This document shows, one piece after another, positions 21,616 through 30,197 of a DNA stretch of 64,000 nt. The DNA is taken from the NCBI GenBank assembly GCA_963750165.1, contig CAVVPN010000011.1:672001-736000 (forward strand), given 5' to 3'. How positions within the stretch are numbered: the stretch's first letter is position 1; each line of letters opens with the position of its first letter. Origin of the DNA: an uncultured Gemmataceae bacterium. Lineage in GTDB: Bacteria; Planctomycetota; Planctomycetia; Gemmatales; Gemmataceae. Both the position numbers and the translations under genes were made by a program. The notes under the pieces are model-generated. The model did not search any database, was not told the origin of the DNA, and worked only from the letters and a program-made list of their open reading frames with translations.

Positions 21616-22107
21616 CTACAGGCTCGCCAGGAAGTGGTCCCGGACCATGCGGACTCGCTCCGCGTGGTGTGTGATCTCGATGAAGGTCCCCCGGAGTGGT
21701 GCTACCGGGCAGGGATTGCCCTCGTCCCACGCCAGCCACTGCACGGGGATTCGCCATTCCTCCTCGTTCTCGCCCTCGGTCGTAAACGGCCGGAGCCGGT
21801 CGGGATGATCGAGGCCTAGTATCTCCAATCGACTCTCCCTGGCCCGGCCGATGCCGATGATCCCGAGCCCGTTGGCGTACATGACAATCACGTCACCGCC
21901 CCGGACCCGCCGCATGTGGTCCTCGTGGATGAAAGGGAGCCATGCCGCGGCGAAACCCCTTGCGTGCATCCGCTGTTCGAGGGTGTTGCCGCCAGCACCC
22001 GCACCCCGATCCGTGTTGCACCAAAAGATGCTCGCCGCGCTGTCGAGTGCTTCGCGCAGAGGCAGCACGCTGTTAGGCGGACTCGGGTTGGTCACTTCAG
22101 CAGTCAT
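21616..22107 (-). CDS. Cassette gene, possible EVE/PUA-like domain
   Basis: MRRVRGGDVIVMY....GIIGIG..WRIPVQW pattern; lies between two attC-like sites. Confidence 0.7.
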   Translation of the reverse strand: MTAEVTNPSPPNSVLPLREALDSAASIFWCNTDRGAGAGGNTLEQRMHARGFAAAWLPFIHEDHMRRVRGGDVIVMYANGLGIIGIGRARESRLEILGLDHPDRLRPFTTEGENEEEWRIPVQWLAWDEGNPCPVAPLRGTFIEITHHAERVRMVRDHFLASL

Positions 22108-22119
22108 GCGCCCTCCCTC

Positions 22120-22208
22120 GCCGAACAACTCAGTTCACGTGCGGGCCACTCGACTGGGCGTGCCCGTGCAACCTCCATAGGCCCGTCACGTGCAACACCT
22201 GGTTCGGC
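22120..22208 (-). other. attC-like recombination site
   Basis: Minus strand GCCGAAC-CAGGTG-TTGCACGTGACGGGCC...GGCCCGCACGTGAAC-TGAGTT-GTTCGGC, followed by RBS and ATG. Confidence 0.78.
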
Positions 22209-22279
22209 TCGGCACCTTTTCCTTCCGACTCGAACCCTGCAATCCTTCAATCGCTTGGGCAGCACCAAACGGTAGAACT

Positions 22280-22876
22280 CTAGCATACTCGCAGCTGGCG
22301 CCGCGGTGGACACTTCTTGCGGGGCCGCATCGTCTCACACCTTTCCGTTTCCTGGTCGCACGCGGCGCACGGGTCACCGTGGATCCCGGCAGTGAAGTTC
22401 TCTTCCAACCACGCTACAAAATCGGCGATGAACTCTTTTTTGAACGAGGTGCTTCTGTGGCTTCGGCCGCGCTTTTCGATCGGGTAGGCGAGATGGCGTT
22501 TCTCGAACTCTGGAGCGTTCCTGCCGAAGTAGAAGAAGTGGTCGGAGATGAGAGCGTACCTGTCGGTGCTGCCCGCCAGGTGCAGTTCGTTTCCGGACCG
22601 GCGCTTGAACCGAAGATCGTGGAAATAGTCCTGGAGCGTCATCTTCTCAGTGACGAGCATCGCATAGACAAGCTTTCCATGGCCGGCGCTTAACTCGTTA
22701 TTCCCGCCAGTGCCGACGATCCAGTCGCCCACCTCGGCCATCTCCACGACATTGCGCCTGACCCCATCTTCGCTGAATTTGCAGAACGCGAGCGTGCAGA
22801 ATCCCCCGTTGGGGTTCGGAGAACGGCCGTAGTCATGCTCGACAACGTACGAGTACATCCCCTGAATCTCACGCAT
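22280..22876 (-). CDS. Nmad2-like nucleotide-modification-associated domain protein
   Basis: YSYVVEHDYG..PNP..GFCTLA.CK, VGDWIVGTGG, LVYAM.V, LISDHFFYFG. Confidence 0.8.
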   Translation of the reverse strand: MREIQGMYSYVVEHDYGRSPNPNGGFCTLAFCKFSEDGVRRNVVEMAEVGDWIVGTGGNNELSAGHGKLVYAMLVTEKMTLQDYFHDLRFKRRSGNELHLAGSTDRYALISDHFFYFGRNAPEFEKRHLAYPIEKRGRSHRSTSFKKEFIADFVAWLEENFTAGIHGDPCAACDQETERCETMRPRKKCPPRRQLRVC

Positions 22877-22982
22877 GAAACTCCTCCCGTGCTGAGCCGT
22901 GTTGCTTTGAAAAGTTGAAGTGTGATTAGGGCGCACCGCGCGCTCTAACAAGGTCAGGTTTTTCACTCTCGGCCAAAAAAAG

Positions 22983-23103
22983 CTAGGACGGCAATCCTGA
23001 CTGGAGTGGACAGAATTCCCTGTGTATTCAGACAGATGGACTAATGAGCACCGCCATTATTCCCTGGGGAACTCCACGGCTCCAGTCAGGATTGCCGTCT
23101 TAG
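22983..23103. repeat. Inverted repeat pair (REP-like)
   Basis: GACGGCAATCCTGACTGGAG ... CTCCAGTCAGGATTGCCGTC, perfect 20-bp core. Confidence 0.8.
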
Positions 23104-23178
23104 AAAAAAGGGGGACGCGGACAGTTCAAACACCCTCTCGGTCGAACGAACTATGTCCGCGTTCTCTTTTCCGCCTCT

Positions 23179-23400
23179 TCACACCTCAAATTCGCTTCGC
23201 GCCAACCCGGACTGGCGAACGATCGACCGCAGCGTTCCCATTCGCAATTCCTTGTGGTCGGGAACCGGAACCGTCGTGGTCCCCTCCGCCGTCACCCGCT
23301 GCATGACAATGTGACTGCCACGCTGGCGTACGCGGGTGAACCCGTGTCGCTCCAGGATCGCACACGCTTCCTGGCCCGACAGCACCCGCAGCTTACTCAC
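23179..23400 (-). CDS. hicA: HicA family toxin
   Basis: LERHGF.RVRQRGSH, VPVPDHKEL..GTLRSI. Confidence 0.93.
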   Translation of the reverse strand: MSKLRVLSGQEACAILERHGFTRVRQRGSHIVMQRVTAEGTTTVPVPDHKELRMGTLRSIVRQSGLARSEFEV

Positions 23401-23614
23401 AGGCCACCTCGACCTGCGTCACGAACACCTCATCGCCGAGGCGGTCCTGAATCTCGGCGGGAGACGCACATTCAAAGAACAGCTCGAGCGCCTCGCGAAG
23501 GTTGTCTCGGGCCGCCTCGATGGTGTCTCCTTGACTCGCGATATCCAATTCGAGGCAAAGGGCGACGAACCCATCCCCTTCGCGATGAATCACGGCCGTC
23601 AGTCGCTTGCTCAT
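23393..23614 (-). CDS. hicB: HicB family antitoxin (short form)
   Basis: VALCLELDIASQGDTIEAARDNLREALELF. Confidence 0.92.
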   Translation of the reverse strand: MSKRLTAVIHREGDGFVALCLELDIASQGDTIEAARDNLREALELFFECASPAEIQDRLGDEVFVTQVEVACE

Positions 23615-23933
23615 GTTCCCTCCGAAAAACCTCTGCTGCGCGGCTCCGATGTAGGGTTGGGCGCTACGCTACGGCCTCGATTGTGCGGTTCCGCAAGCAA
23701 CCGCCACATTGGCCTTCTTCTCGACCGCTTGTCATCCGCCACCGCTCCATCTTCCTACCTTGCCCCCCAGGCGTCAAGGTGATCGTCGGCAGAGCGCAGC
23801 GCCTGCCGCTGAGTGTACTCCCTCGGGAGCCGGGGCGCAAGTAGCACGAAAGAACCGGACCGGGAGCGCCACGTCGCCAGCGGCAGCGAAGGCAGTCGCT
23901 CAGCGCCTCGGCTCGGGCGGCGTCAGCGACCAG

Positions 23934-24293
23934 TCACGGTGCCCCGACGCACAAAGCAACCGCGACAGCCACGGCGTCGAGTTGTGCCGCAGGGACCACC
24001 CCCAGCGGGCGGATGAAGCGCGTCAGGGAGACCGACTTCGTCTGAAATGCATCGGCCCCGGAATCCTTGCTCAACCCGTTGCCGGCAGCGACGGAGATGA
24101 GTACGACCCAGGGGAAACCGGCGTACGGCGGCTTCCAATCCGTCAGCGGCACCACCATCCGCAGCGGGAGGCGGCCGATCGCGTCCACGCTGATGACCAG
24201 GGCCGCCCGCACCTTCTGAATCTCCGCACCCACCGACGGGTCGAAGTCCACCAGCCAGATTTCACCGCGGCTGGGTGTCGGAACTGTGGACAT
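23934..24293 (-). CDS. PemK/MazF family toxin
   Basis: RGEIWLVDFDPSVGAEIQKVR.ALVIS, VVPLT. Confidence 0.93.
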   Translation of the reverse strand: MSTVPTPSRGEIWLVDFDPSVGAEIQKVRAALVISVDAIGRLPLRMVVPLTDWKPPYAGFPWVVLISVAAGNGLSKDSGADAFQTKSVSLTRFIRPLGVVPAAQLDAVAVAVALCVGAP

Positions 24294-24465
24294 ACAGATC
24301 CCCCTCCCCGAACGCCTCGAACGCGGTCAGGGCCGGGTCGTTGCGATACTCCTCGGCCGCAACCGCCGCCGCAGCCGCGAGGATAGCGTCCCGCTGCTCT
24401 GCCGGCAGGCGGCGCAATTCAGCGGCAGTCCAGACTTTTTGAGCGGGAGGGGTTGGTGCCGTCAT
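24262..24465 (-). CDS. Putative antitoxin of the MazF-like toxin
   Basis: Small acidic-tailed ORF overlapping toxin start (AEEYRNDPALTAFEAF). Confidence 0.75.
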   Translation of the reverse strand: MTAPTPPAQKVWTAAELRRLPAEQRDAILAAAAAVAAEEYRNDPALTAFEAFGEGDLYVHSSDTQPR

Positions 24466-24602
24466 GCAGCGTCCTCCAGGAGTGCGAAGAAGCGGAAATG
24501 CGACTCCTCTGGATTGTAGTCCCTGCAAGATCGGGCCGCTAGCCCACCGTCCGAACTGTGATGAGAGCGCACCACGTCGCCAGCGGCAGCGAAGGCATCC
24601 TC

Positions 24603-25022
24603 TCAGCGCCCCGGTTCGGGCGGCTCACCCCCACGAACCAGCGCGAGTTCCTCGACCACCTTGGGCGGTACACTGGACCGGCGCAACGTGACGCGCACGC
24701 TTCCTGGTCGGTTCTCGAACTGGCCGAAAATCCACACCGTTCCCTGGGGGCCTGGACGCTGGAAGGAGAGGGGACCGCCGTACAGATTGGTAGGGGTTGC
24801 AGTCTCGGCAGCCGACTTGGCGGCGAGGCACGCGAGAAGGGGCCTGAGCAGGCGGCGTGTTTGGTGATCCGTGCTCGCGTCTGCGTCGAGGATGAACGCT
24901 TGCGCTTCGTCTGAGCGCTGGGCGGCGATGGCGCTGAGCACTTGCTCCGCGAGTCCCTCCACGGTCCAGGCGGGATCGAGCGGGGCACGCAGAAAGTCAC
25001 TGATGGGGTTATTGAGCGTCAC
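24603..25022 (-). CDS. Hypothetical protein
   Basis: GTGA overlap with upstream ORF; ends in the duplicated PPEPGR tail. Confidence 0.6.
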   Translation of the reverse strand: MTLNNPISDFLRAPLDPAWTVEGLAEQVLSAIAAQRSDEAQAFILDADASTDHQTRRLLRPLLACLAAKSAAETATPTNLYGGPLSFQRPGPQGTVWIFGQFENRPGSVRVTLRRSSVPPKVVEELALVRGGEPPEPGR

Positions 25023-25442
25023 AATGGGATTACCCGTTTCGTGAGATTGTGCCATTCGGCCCGCAGTTCATTCAGACCGCATTCAGGCTCGAACCGGATC
25101 TCGCCGCCACGTGCCAGGCCGGCGGCGATGGGGTCAGTGTAGAGGATCGCCATGATCCACGCGGGCACACTTACTTCAAGGATAGCCGGCCCTCCTTCGT
25201 TGGGGAAGAGCGCGTCCTTGTTCCGTGCGGCCATTTCCGGGGTGCCCGTACTGCAGGGGCGACCATCGCCGATGACGGTCGAAAAGCCTTCCGCCGGAGA
25301 GAGGCTCCCCGTACCCGGTTCCCGGTAGTTCGGGTCTGGCCCATTCGTCTCCATCGCGCGGGCTCGGTGGAGCGTCGTCCCGTGATGGAGAACGGTCGGT
25401 GGGAGATCGGGCGCGCAAGGGGACCACCTCGGTAGTAGGCAT
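25019..25442 (-). CDS. Hypothetical protein, possible ADP-ribosyltransferase-like fold; probable frameshift near 25420
   Basis: VLHHGTT..A...GP, GFST, AILEVSVP, EIRF; ATG at 25442 is out of frame by one base at a G run. Confidence 0.5.
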
Positions 25443-25458
25443 CCGTTAAGACTGTGGC

Positions 25459-27420
25459 TCAGCGCCCCGGCTCCGGCGGCGTCAGCCCCACCAGCGCCAG
25501 CGCCTGCCGCAGAAAATCGTCGCACAACCGCTGAAACTGCACGTCCACCTCCTGACAGGTGCGCTCCCAGTCCGCCGCGGTCGCGCCGCCCGCCTTCGGC
25601 GCCGAACAGACCTCGACATATGCTTTCGCCTTCGGCTCGGTGCCGCTCGGCCGCAGTGCCAGCCGGGCGATGTCGCCCAGGCGGAACACCAGGAAATTGC
25701 GGGCCGCCGCGTCGGTCGCGCCCTTCAGCGGCCCCAGCCAGTTGTTCTCGTTGCGCAGATCCTCGAAGCCGGTCACCGTCAGGCCGCCGATCGTGCGCGG
25801 CGGCTCCGCACGCAGGCGGTCCAGCATTTTCGCCATGTTCTGCTTGCCCTCGATGCCGGGCATCACCACCGTCAGCACGTCGTTGCGGAAGTAGCCGTAC
25901 TGCCGCGACAGCATCTCCACGTAGTCCCAGACCGTCTGCCCGCGCCGCCGCTGCTCCAGCGCCAGCTCCGCCAGCAGCAGCGCGGGTGCGCCGGCGTCCT
26001 TGTCGCGGATCTGCGGCGTCAGCAAGATGCCGTGGCTCTCCTCGCACGCCAGCACGAAATCGTCCGGCGTGCCGCGCACCTCCTCGTAGGCGCCGTACTT
26101 CTCCAGCTGCCAGAGCACGTCGGCGATGTACTTGAAGCCGACCAGCAACTTTTCGACCACCTGCGCCCCGAAGCCGCGGGCGATGCGCGTCACCTGCCCC
26201 GTGGTCACCAGTGTCTTGACGACGATGGGCGAACCGGGCATGCGGCCCTGCTCCGCCAGCTTGGCGAGCTTGAAGTGCGTCAGCAGTGCCGCGATGACGT
26301 TGCCGTTGAGGTAGCGCATCGGCCAGTCGCCGCCGGGGCCGGGGCTGGTGCGCACCGCCGTGAGGCCGCCGAGGCGGTCGGCGTCGGGGTCGGTCGCCAG
26401 CGCCAGGTCGGCGTGCGTTTCCTTTGCCACGCGCTCGGCGCGGTCGAGGCACTCGGGGATTTCCGGGTTGGGCGTCTTCGTGACGTTGGGGAACTGGCCG
26501 TCCGGCGTCATCTGCTCCTCGACCGGGATCGGCCGGAAGCCCTGCGCGACCAGCACCTCCAGCGCGGTTTGCGAGCCGACGCCGTGCAGCGGCGTGAACA
26601 CGACCTTGACCTCATCGAGCTTCGGCGGCGGCAGCAGGCTCTGGCGGCGGCAAAGCTCGATGTACTCGCGGTGCGGCGTCTCGTCGAGGAAGTGGACGCG
26701 GCCGGAGCGCACCGCCTCGGACCACGGCAGCGCCTTGATGACGCTGACCTGATCGACGAGATCGGCCATGATCTGGTCGTCCGGCGGGATGGGCTGGCCG
26801 CCGCGCTCGTCGTAGAACTTGCCGCCGTTGTCGTCCGGCGGGTTGTGCGACGCTGACATGTTCAGGCCGCCGTGCGCCCGCAGCCGGCGGATGGTGTAGG
26901 ACAACTCCGGCGTTGCCAGGTAGCGCGGGCTGTGCTCCGGCAGGATGTGGGCGTGGACGCCGTTGGCGGTATAGACGCCGGCGGCGAACTGTGCCAGGTC
27001 GCGCGACGACAGGTGCAGGACGGGGTTGGGCAGTTCCGGGTTGTACTGCCGGCGCCTGTCCTCGAAGCGGCGTACGTCGTAGGCCAGGACGACACGGAGC
27101 GGGTTGACCTCGGGGAAGCGCTCGCAGAGGTATTCGCAGTGGCCCTGCACGGAGGCTTCCAGGGTCCAGCGGTTCATGCGGTTGGGGCCGATGCCGACGG
27201 CGCCGCGGCGGCCACCGGTGCCGAACGGCAGGATTTGACAGAAGCGGTCGAGCAGACCGGGCCACTGTCGGGTGTGGATCAACCACTCGATCTGCGGCCG
27301 GTACGTGGCGAACTCGGGCCGGGTGAGCCATTGCTCAAGGAACGCGAGGGCCCGCTCCTTCAGGGCGGCCGCGGCGTCGATGGTGACAAAGCCGTTCTGG
27401 ACCTGAGTCAGCAACTCCAT
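25459..27420 (-). CDS. Phosphoglucomutase/phosphomannomutase family
   Basis: FGTGGRRG, SASHNP, DPDADR, EESHG, RPSGTEPK. Confidence 0.96.
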   Translation of the reverse strand: MELLTQVQNGFVTIDAAAALKERALAFLEQWLTRPEFATYRPQIEWLIHTRQWPGLLDRFCQILPFGTGGRRGAVGIGPNRMNRWTLEASVQGHCEYLCERFPEVNPLRVVLAYDVRRFEDRRRQYNPELPNPVLHLSSRDLAQFAAGVYTANGVHAHILPEHSPRYLATPELSYTIRRLRAHGGLNMSASHNPPDDNGGKFYDERGGQPIPPDDQIMADLVDQVSVIKALPWSEAVRSGRVHFLDETPHREYIELCRRQSLLPPPKLDEVKVVFTPLHGVGSQTALEVLVAQGFRPIPVEEQMTPDGQFPNVTKTPNPEIPECLDRAERVAKETHADLALATDPDADRLGGLTAVRTSPGPGGDWPMRYLNGNVIAALLTHFKLAKLAEQGRMPGSPIVVKTLVTTGQVTRIARGFGAQVVEKLLVGFKYIADVLWQLEKYGAYEEVRGTPDDFVLACEESHGILLTPQIRDKDAGAPALLLAELALEQRRRGQTVWDYVEMLSRQYGYFRNDVLTVVMPGIEGKQNMAKMLDRLRAEPPRTIGGLTVTGFEDLRNENNWLGPLKGATDAAARNFLVFRLGDIARLALRPSGTEPKAKAYVEVCSAPKAGGATAADWERTCQEVDVQFQRLCDDFLRQALALVGLTPPEPGR

Positions 27421-27544
27421 TTTGCGACCTCTCGGGGAAGGGCGGGTGCACGGACATGGAGTGAAAATACAGCGGCGGGGGAATTTGTGCCAGCGCAGTT
27501 TGACCGAACTGCTCCGCAAGTCAGCGACGGGCTAAAATGAGCGC

Positions 27545-28621
27545 ATGAACAAGCCGCCGCTGGAAACGCCAACACTGGAACACCTCGCCGCGCTCGCCGA
27601 CCGTGCCGACCGCGAACCGGACTGGCCCACCGCGTCCTGGCAGACGCTATGCACCGCAGGCGTGCCGGCGTGGGCCGTGCCGGTGGCGCTGGGCGGTCGT
27701 GGCCTGGACGCGCTGACGCTGCTGGCCGGTTACGAGCAACTCGCGGGCGCCTGCCTGACGACTGCGTTCATCCTGAGCCAGCGTGAGGCGGCGGTGCGGC
27801 GGCTGCTCACGGCCCCGCGGCCACTGCAGGAACGGTTGCTGCCCGACCTGGCCGCGGGCCGCACCTTCGCCAGCGTCGGCCTGTCGCAGTTGACCACGTC
27901 GCGCCAGCACCAGGCGCCGGCGCTCACGGTCACGCCCGACAGCGCCGCCGGCTTCGTGCTGGACGGCGTCATCCCCTGGGTGACCGGCGCCGATCAGGCC
28001 GACGTGCTGGTGGTCGGCGGCCCGCTGCCGGACGGCCGGCAAGTGCTGCTGGCGCTGCCGCGCCCGTGGCCGGGCGTGACCGTGGAGTCGCCGCAACCGT
28101 TGCTGGCGCTGCTGGGGTCACGCACCGCCCAGGTGCGCTGCGAGCGCGTGTACCTGGCGAGCGACTGGCTGGTGGCGGGGCCGGCCGAGAAGGTGATGGC
28201 GACGGGCCGCGGCGGTGTCGGCGGCGTGGAAACGTCGTGTCTGGCGCTGGGGCTGGCGGGGGCGGCGGTCGAATATCTGCGACAGGAGGCCACCCAGCGC
28301 CTCGACCTGGCCGAAGTGGTCGGGCGGTTGGAGGCGGCGCGGCGGACGGCGTGGGCGCGGCTGCTTGAGCTGGCCGTGGGTTCACCGCTGACGGAGGAGG
28401 TGCTGGCGTTGCGCGTGAGCTGCACGCGGTTGGTGTTGCAGGCGACGCAGGTGGCGCTGACGGCGGCGAAGGGGACGGGTTTTGTGGCGCCGCATCCGGT
28501 GCAGCGCTGGGTGCGGCAGGCGTTGTTCTTCCTGGTGTGGTCGTGTCCGCGGCCGGCAGCGGAGGGGGTGATTGCGACGTTGTTGCCCGACCTGCCTGGC
28601 GCAGGCGAGCGGGGGGCGTGA
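27545..28621 (+). CDS. Acyl-CoA dehydrogenase family protein
   Basis: VPVALGGRG, LDGVIPWVTGA, AKGTGFV..HPVQRWVRQALFF. Confidence 0.88.
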   Translation: MNKPPLETPTLEHLAALADRADREPDWPTASWQTLCTAGVPAWAVPVALGGRGLDALTLLAGYEQLAGACLTTAFILSQREAAVRRLLTAPRPLQERLLPDLAAGRTFASVGLSQLTTSRQHQAPALTVTPDSAAGFVLDGVIPWVTGADQADVLVVGGPLPDGRQVLLALPRPWPGVTVESPQPLLALLGSRTAQVRCERVYLASDWLVAGPAEKVMATGRGGVGGVETSCLALGLAGAAVEYLRQEATQRLDLAEVVGRLEAARRTAWARLLELAVGSPLTEEVLALRVSCTRLVLQATQVALTAAKGTGFVAPHPVQRWVRQALFFLVWSCPRPAAEGVIATLLPDLPGAGERGA

Positions 28622-28669
28622 GTCCCCTGTTGGATTGCACCAAACAGGGCTCACGCCCCCCGCTCGCCT
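28603..28669. repeat. Palindromic REP-like element supplying stop codons to both convergent genes
   Basis: AGGCGAGCGGGGGGCGTGAG...CTCACGCCCCCCGCTCGCCT. Confidence 0.88.
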
Positions 28670-28869
28670 TCCTGGTCGCGCCGCCGCGTGGCATCGTGGT
28701 CGATGCCGTTCAGGTCCGCGCTGCTGTGCCGGCCGTAGTCGAACTCGGCGTCGGCGGCCTCGTCCGGCTGCTCGGTCAGCTGCCGTTTGAGGTGCTGCCG
28801 CCGGCTCTTGTTGCCAGCGCGCTTCAGACTGCGTTTCAGTTGCCGGTGTCGGCGTTTTTCCTGGTCCAT
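28651..28869 (-). CDS. Small hypothetical protein
   Basis: MDQEKRRHRQLKRSLKRAGNK..., GC-typical codon use. Confidence 0.7.
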   Translation of the reverse strand: MDQEKRRHRQLKRSLKRAGNKSRRQHLKRQLTEQPDEAADAEFDYGRHSSADLNGIDHDATRRRDQEGERGA

Positions 28870-29088
28870 GTGGGTTGGGACACCGCCGCTCGCTGCGGGG
28901 TTCGTCCCCTCATTTTTTCTCCGCTGCTGGCGGCGTGTCGTGGCAGTGCCGGCCAGTAAAAGACCGCGCACCTCCGACCGCCCGGTCTGCTTCGTCCTGG
29001 TGTCCTCGATCATGAGGAAAAGTGAGGAAAAGAGAACCAGTTCGTAAATTAGCTACTTTCCTCGCAGAATAACGCCAGCGGTTCTGCC

Positions 29089-29384
29089 TGGAGCGGTTCG
29101 CACGCGGATCGCGCCCGGGGTGGGACGGTGGGCACAGCTTGACCACCAGCGGCCTGCATTGCCACAGCAAGGGGGCCAAGGAGGCCAAGGGGGCCAACTT
29201 TTTCATACGTCGAGATTTGGCGCCCTGGCTCCGTAGGGGTGGCACGGCGCGACAACCAACGGCGGCGGCTGCCACAGCACGGACGCCAAGGACGCCAAGG
29301 ACCCCAACGTTTTCATACATCGAGATGCGGCGCCCGGCAGCGCCATCCTGCCGTTTGTGGTCCACGCGACTACGAACCGCGCTA
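29089..29384. mobile_element. ~290-bp MITE-like repeat, copy 2 (inverted relative to copy 1)
   Basis: Reverse complement aligns by eye to 8513-8799; ends TGGAGCGGTT / AACCGCGCTA. Confidence 0.8.
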
Positions 29385-29750
29385 TGCTCCCCAAAGGACC
29401 GCAGGCTCAGCTCGCCGGCTTCCCGCTGCCGGGTCTTGGCGGTGAGGAAATGGTTACACAGGTCTTTGACGGTCAGACCTTTCGGCTTGACGCGGGGGCG
29501 TGCGGCCTGCCCGCAGGTCATCCACCTCGGCCTTGAACTTCGCCAGGGCGTCTTTCCAGGTTTCGCCGTCGAGCGGCAAGGTCGTGCCGTTGACCATCCG
29601 GCCCCAGCGTCCGAAATGGTGAATCGTCCCGCCAATCTTCTTCGACCAGTTGCCGAGCGGGTGGGCGTGGGGGGGAATTCGGCGTAGGGTTTTTTTGGCC
29701 GGGCGGCGGCTTTACGGGCGCGGGGTTTTCGGCTAGAATTATTGCGTGTG
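29385..29750 (-). pseudogene. N-terminal remnant of tyrosine integrase
   Basis: PKKPYAEFP..WSKKIGG..HHFG.W..LTVKDLCNHFLTAK across two frameshifts; truncated at the MITE. Confidence 0.7.
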
Positions 29751-29914
29751 GCGTCACCTCCATCTGCAAAGGGTTCAGGTGGCGTCGCCCTCGCTTGCTG
29801 CAATCCGGCGAGGGTAACTTAACTACCCAAATTGTAGCGGTAGTAAAAAGGTAGTAAAAGGCAGTAGCAACCGGGAGAAAGGATTTGACGCAATTCAAAT
29901 AGAATCAATCACTT

Positions 29915-30003
29915 GGAGAGGTGGCTGAGTGGCCGATAGCACCGCTTTGCTAAAGCGGCGTGGGTGTCAAAGCCCACCGCGGGTTCGAATCCCGCCCTCT
30001 CCG
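29915..30003 (+). tRNA. tRNA-Ser(GCT)
   Basis: GGAGAGG/CCTCTCC acceptor stem, GCT anticodon, long variable arm, GGTTCGAATCC T-arm, G discriminator; CCA not encoded. Confidence 0.96.
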
Positions 30004-30197
30004 CTCTAACAACGACTTGCGGCGATTACTAGACACCCAGCAACAACCTGATTCTGGCTGCGGTAGGGATAGCGGTAGGGAAGGAAAACCCGGTAGGGAA
30101 ACGGGCGGTTTCTGACGACGCAAAGGGGGCGCCTCTGGAGTATGGAGGCGCCCCCTTTGCTGTTTTACTTCTCCCCGGTGACAGGCCGGCGGCCACC

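Noticed and set aside
22942..22966. attI site at the head of the cassette array (GTTAGAG)
   Set aside because: Imperfect GTTRRRY match and no adjacent intI; cannot be supported.
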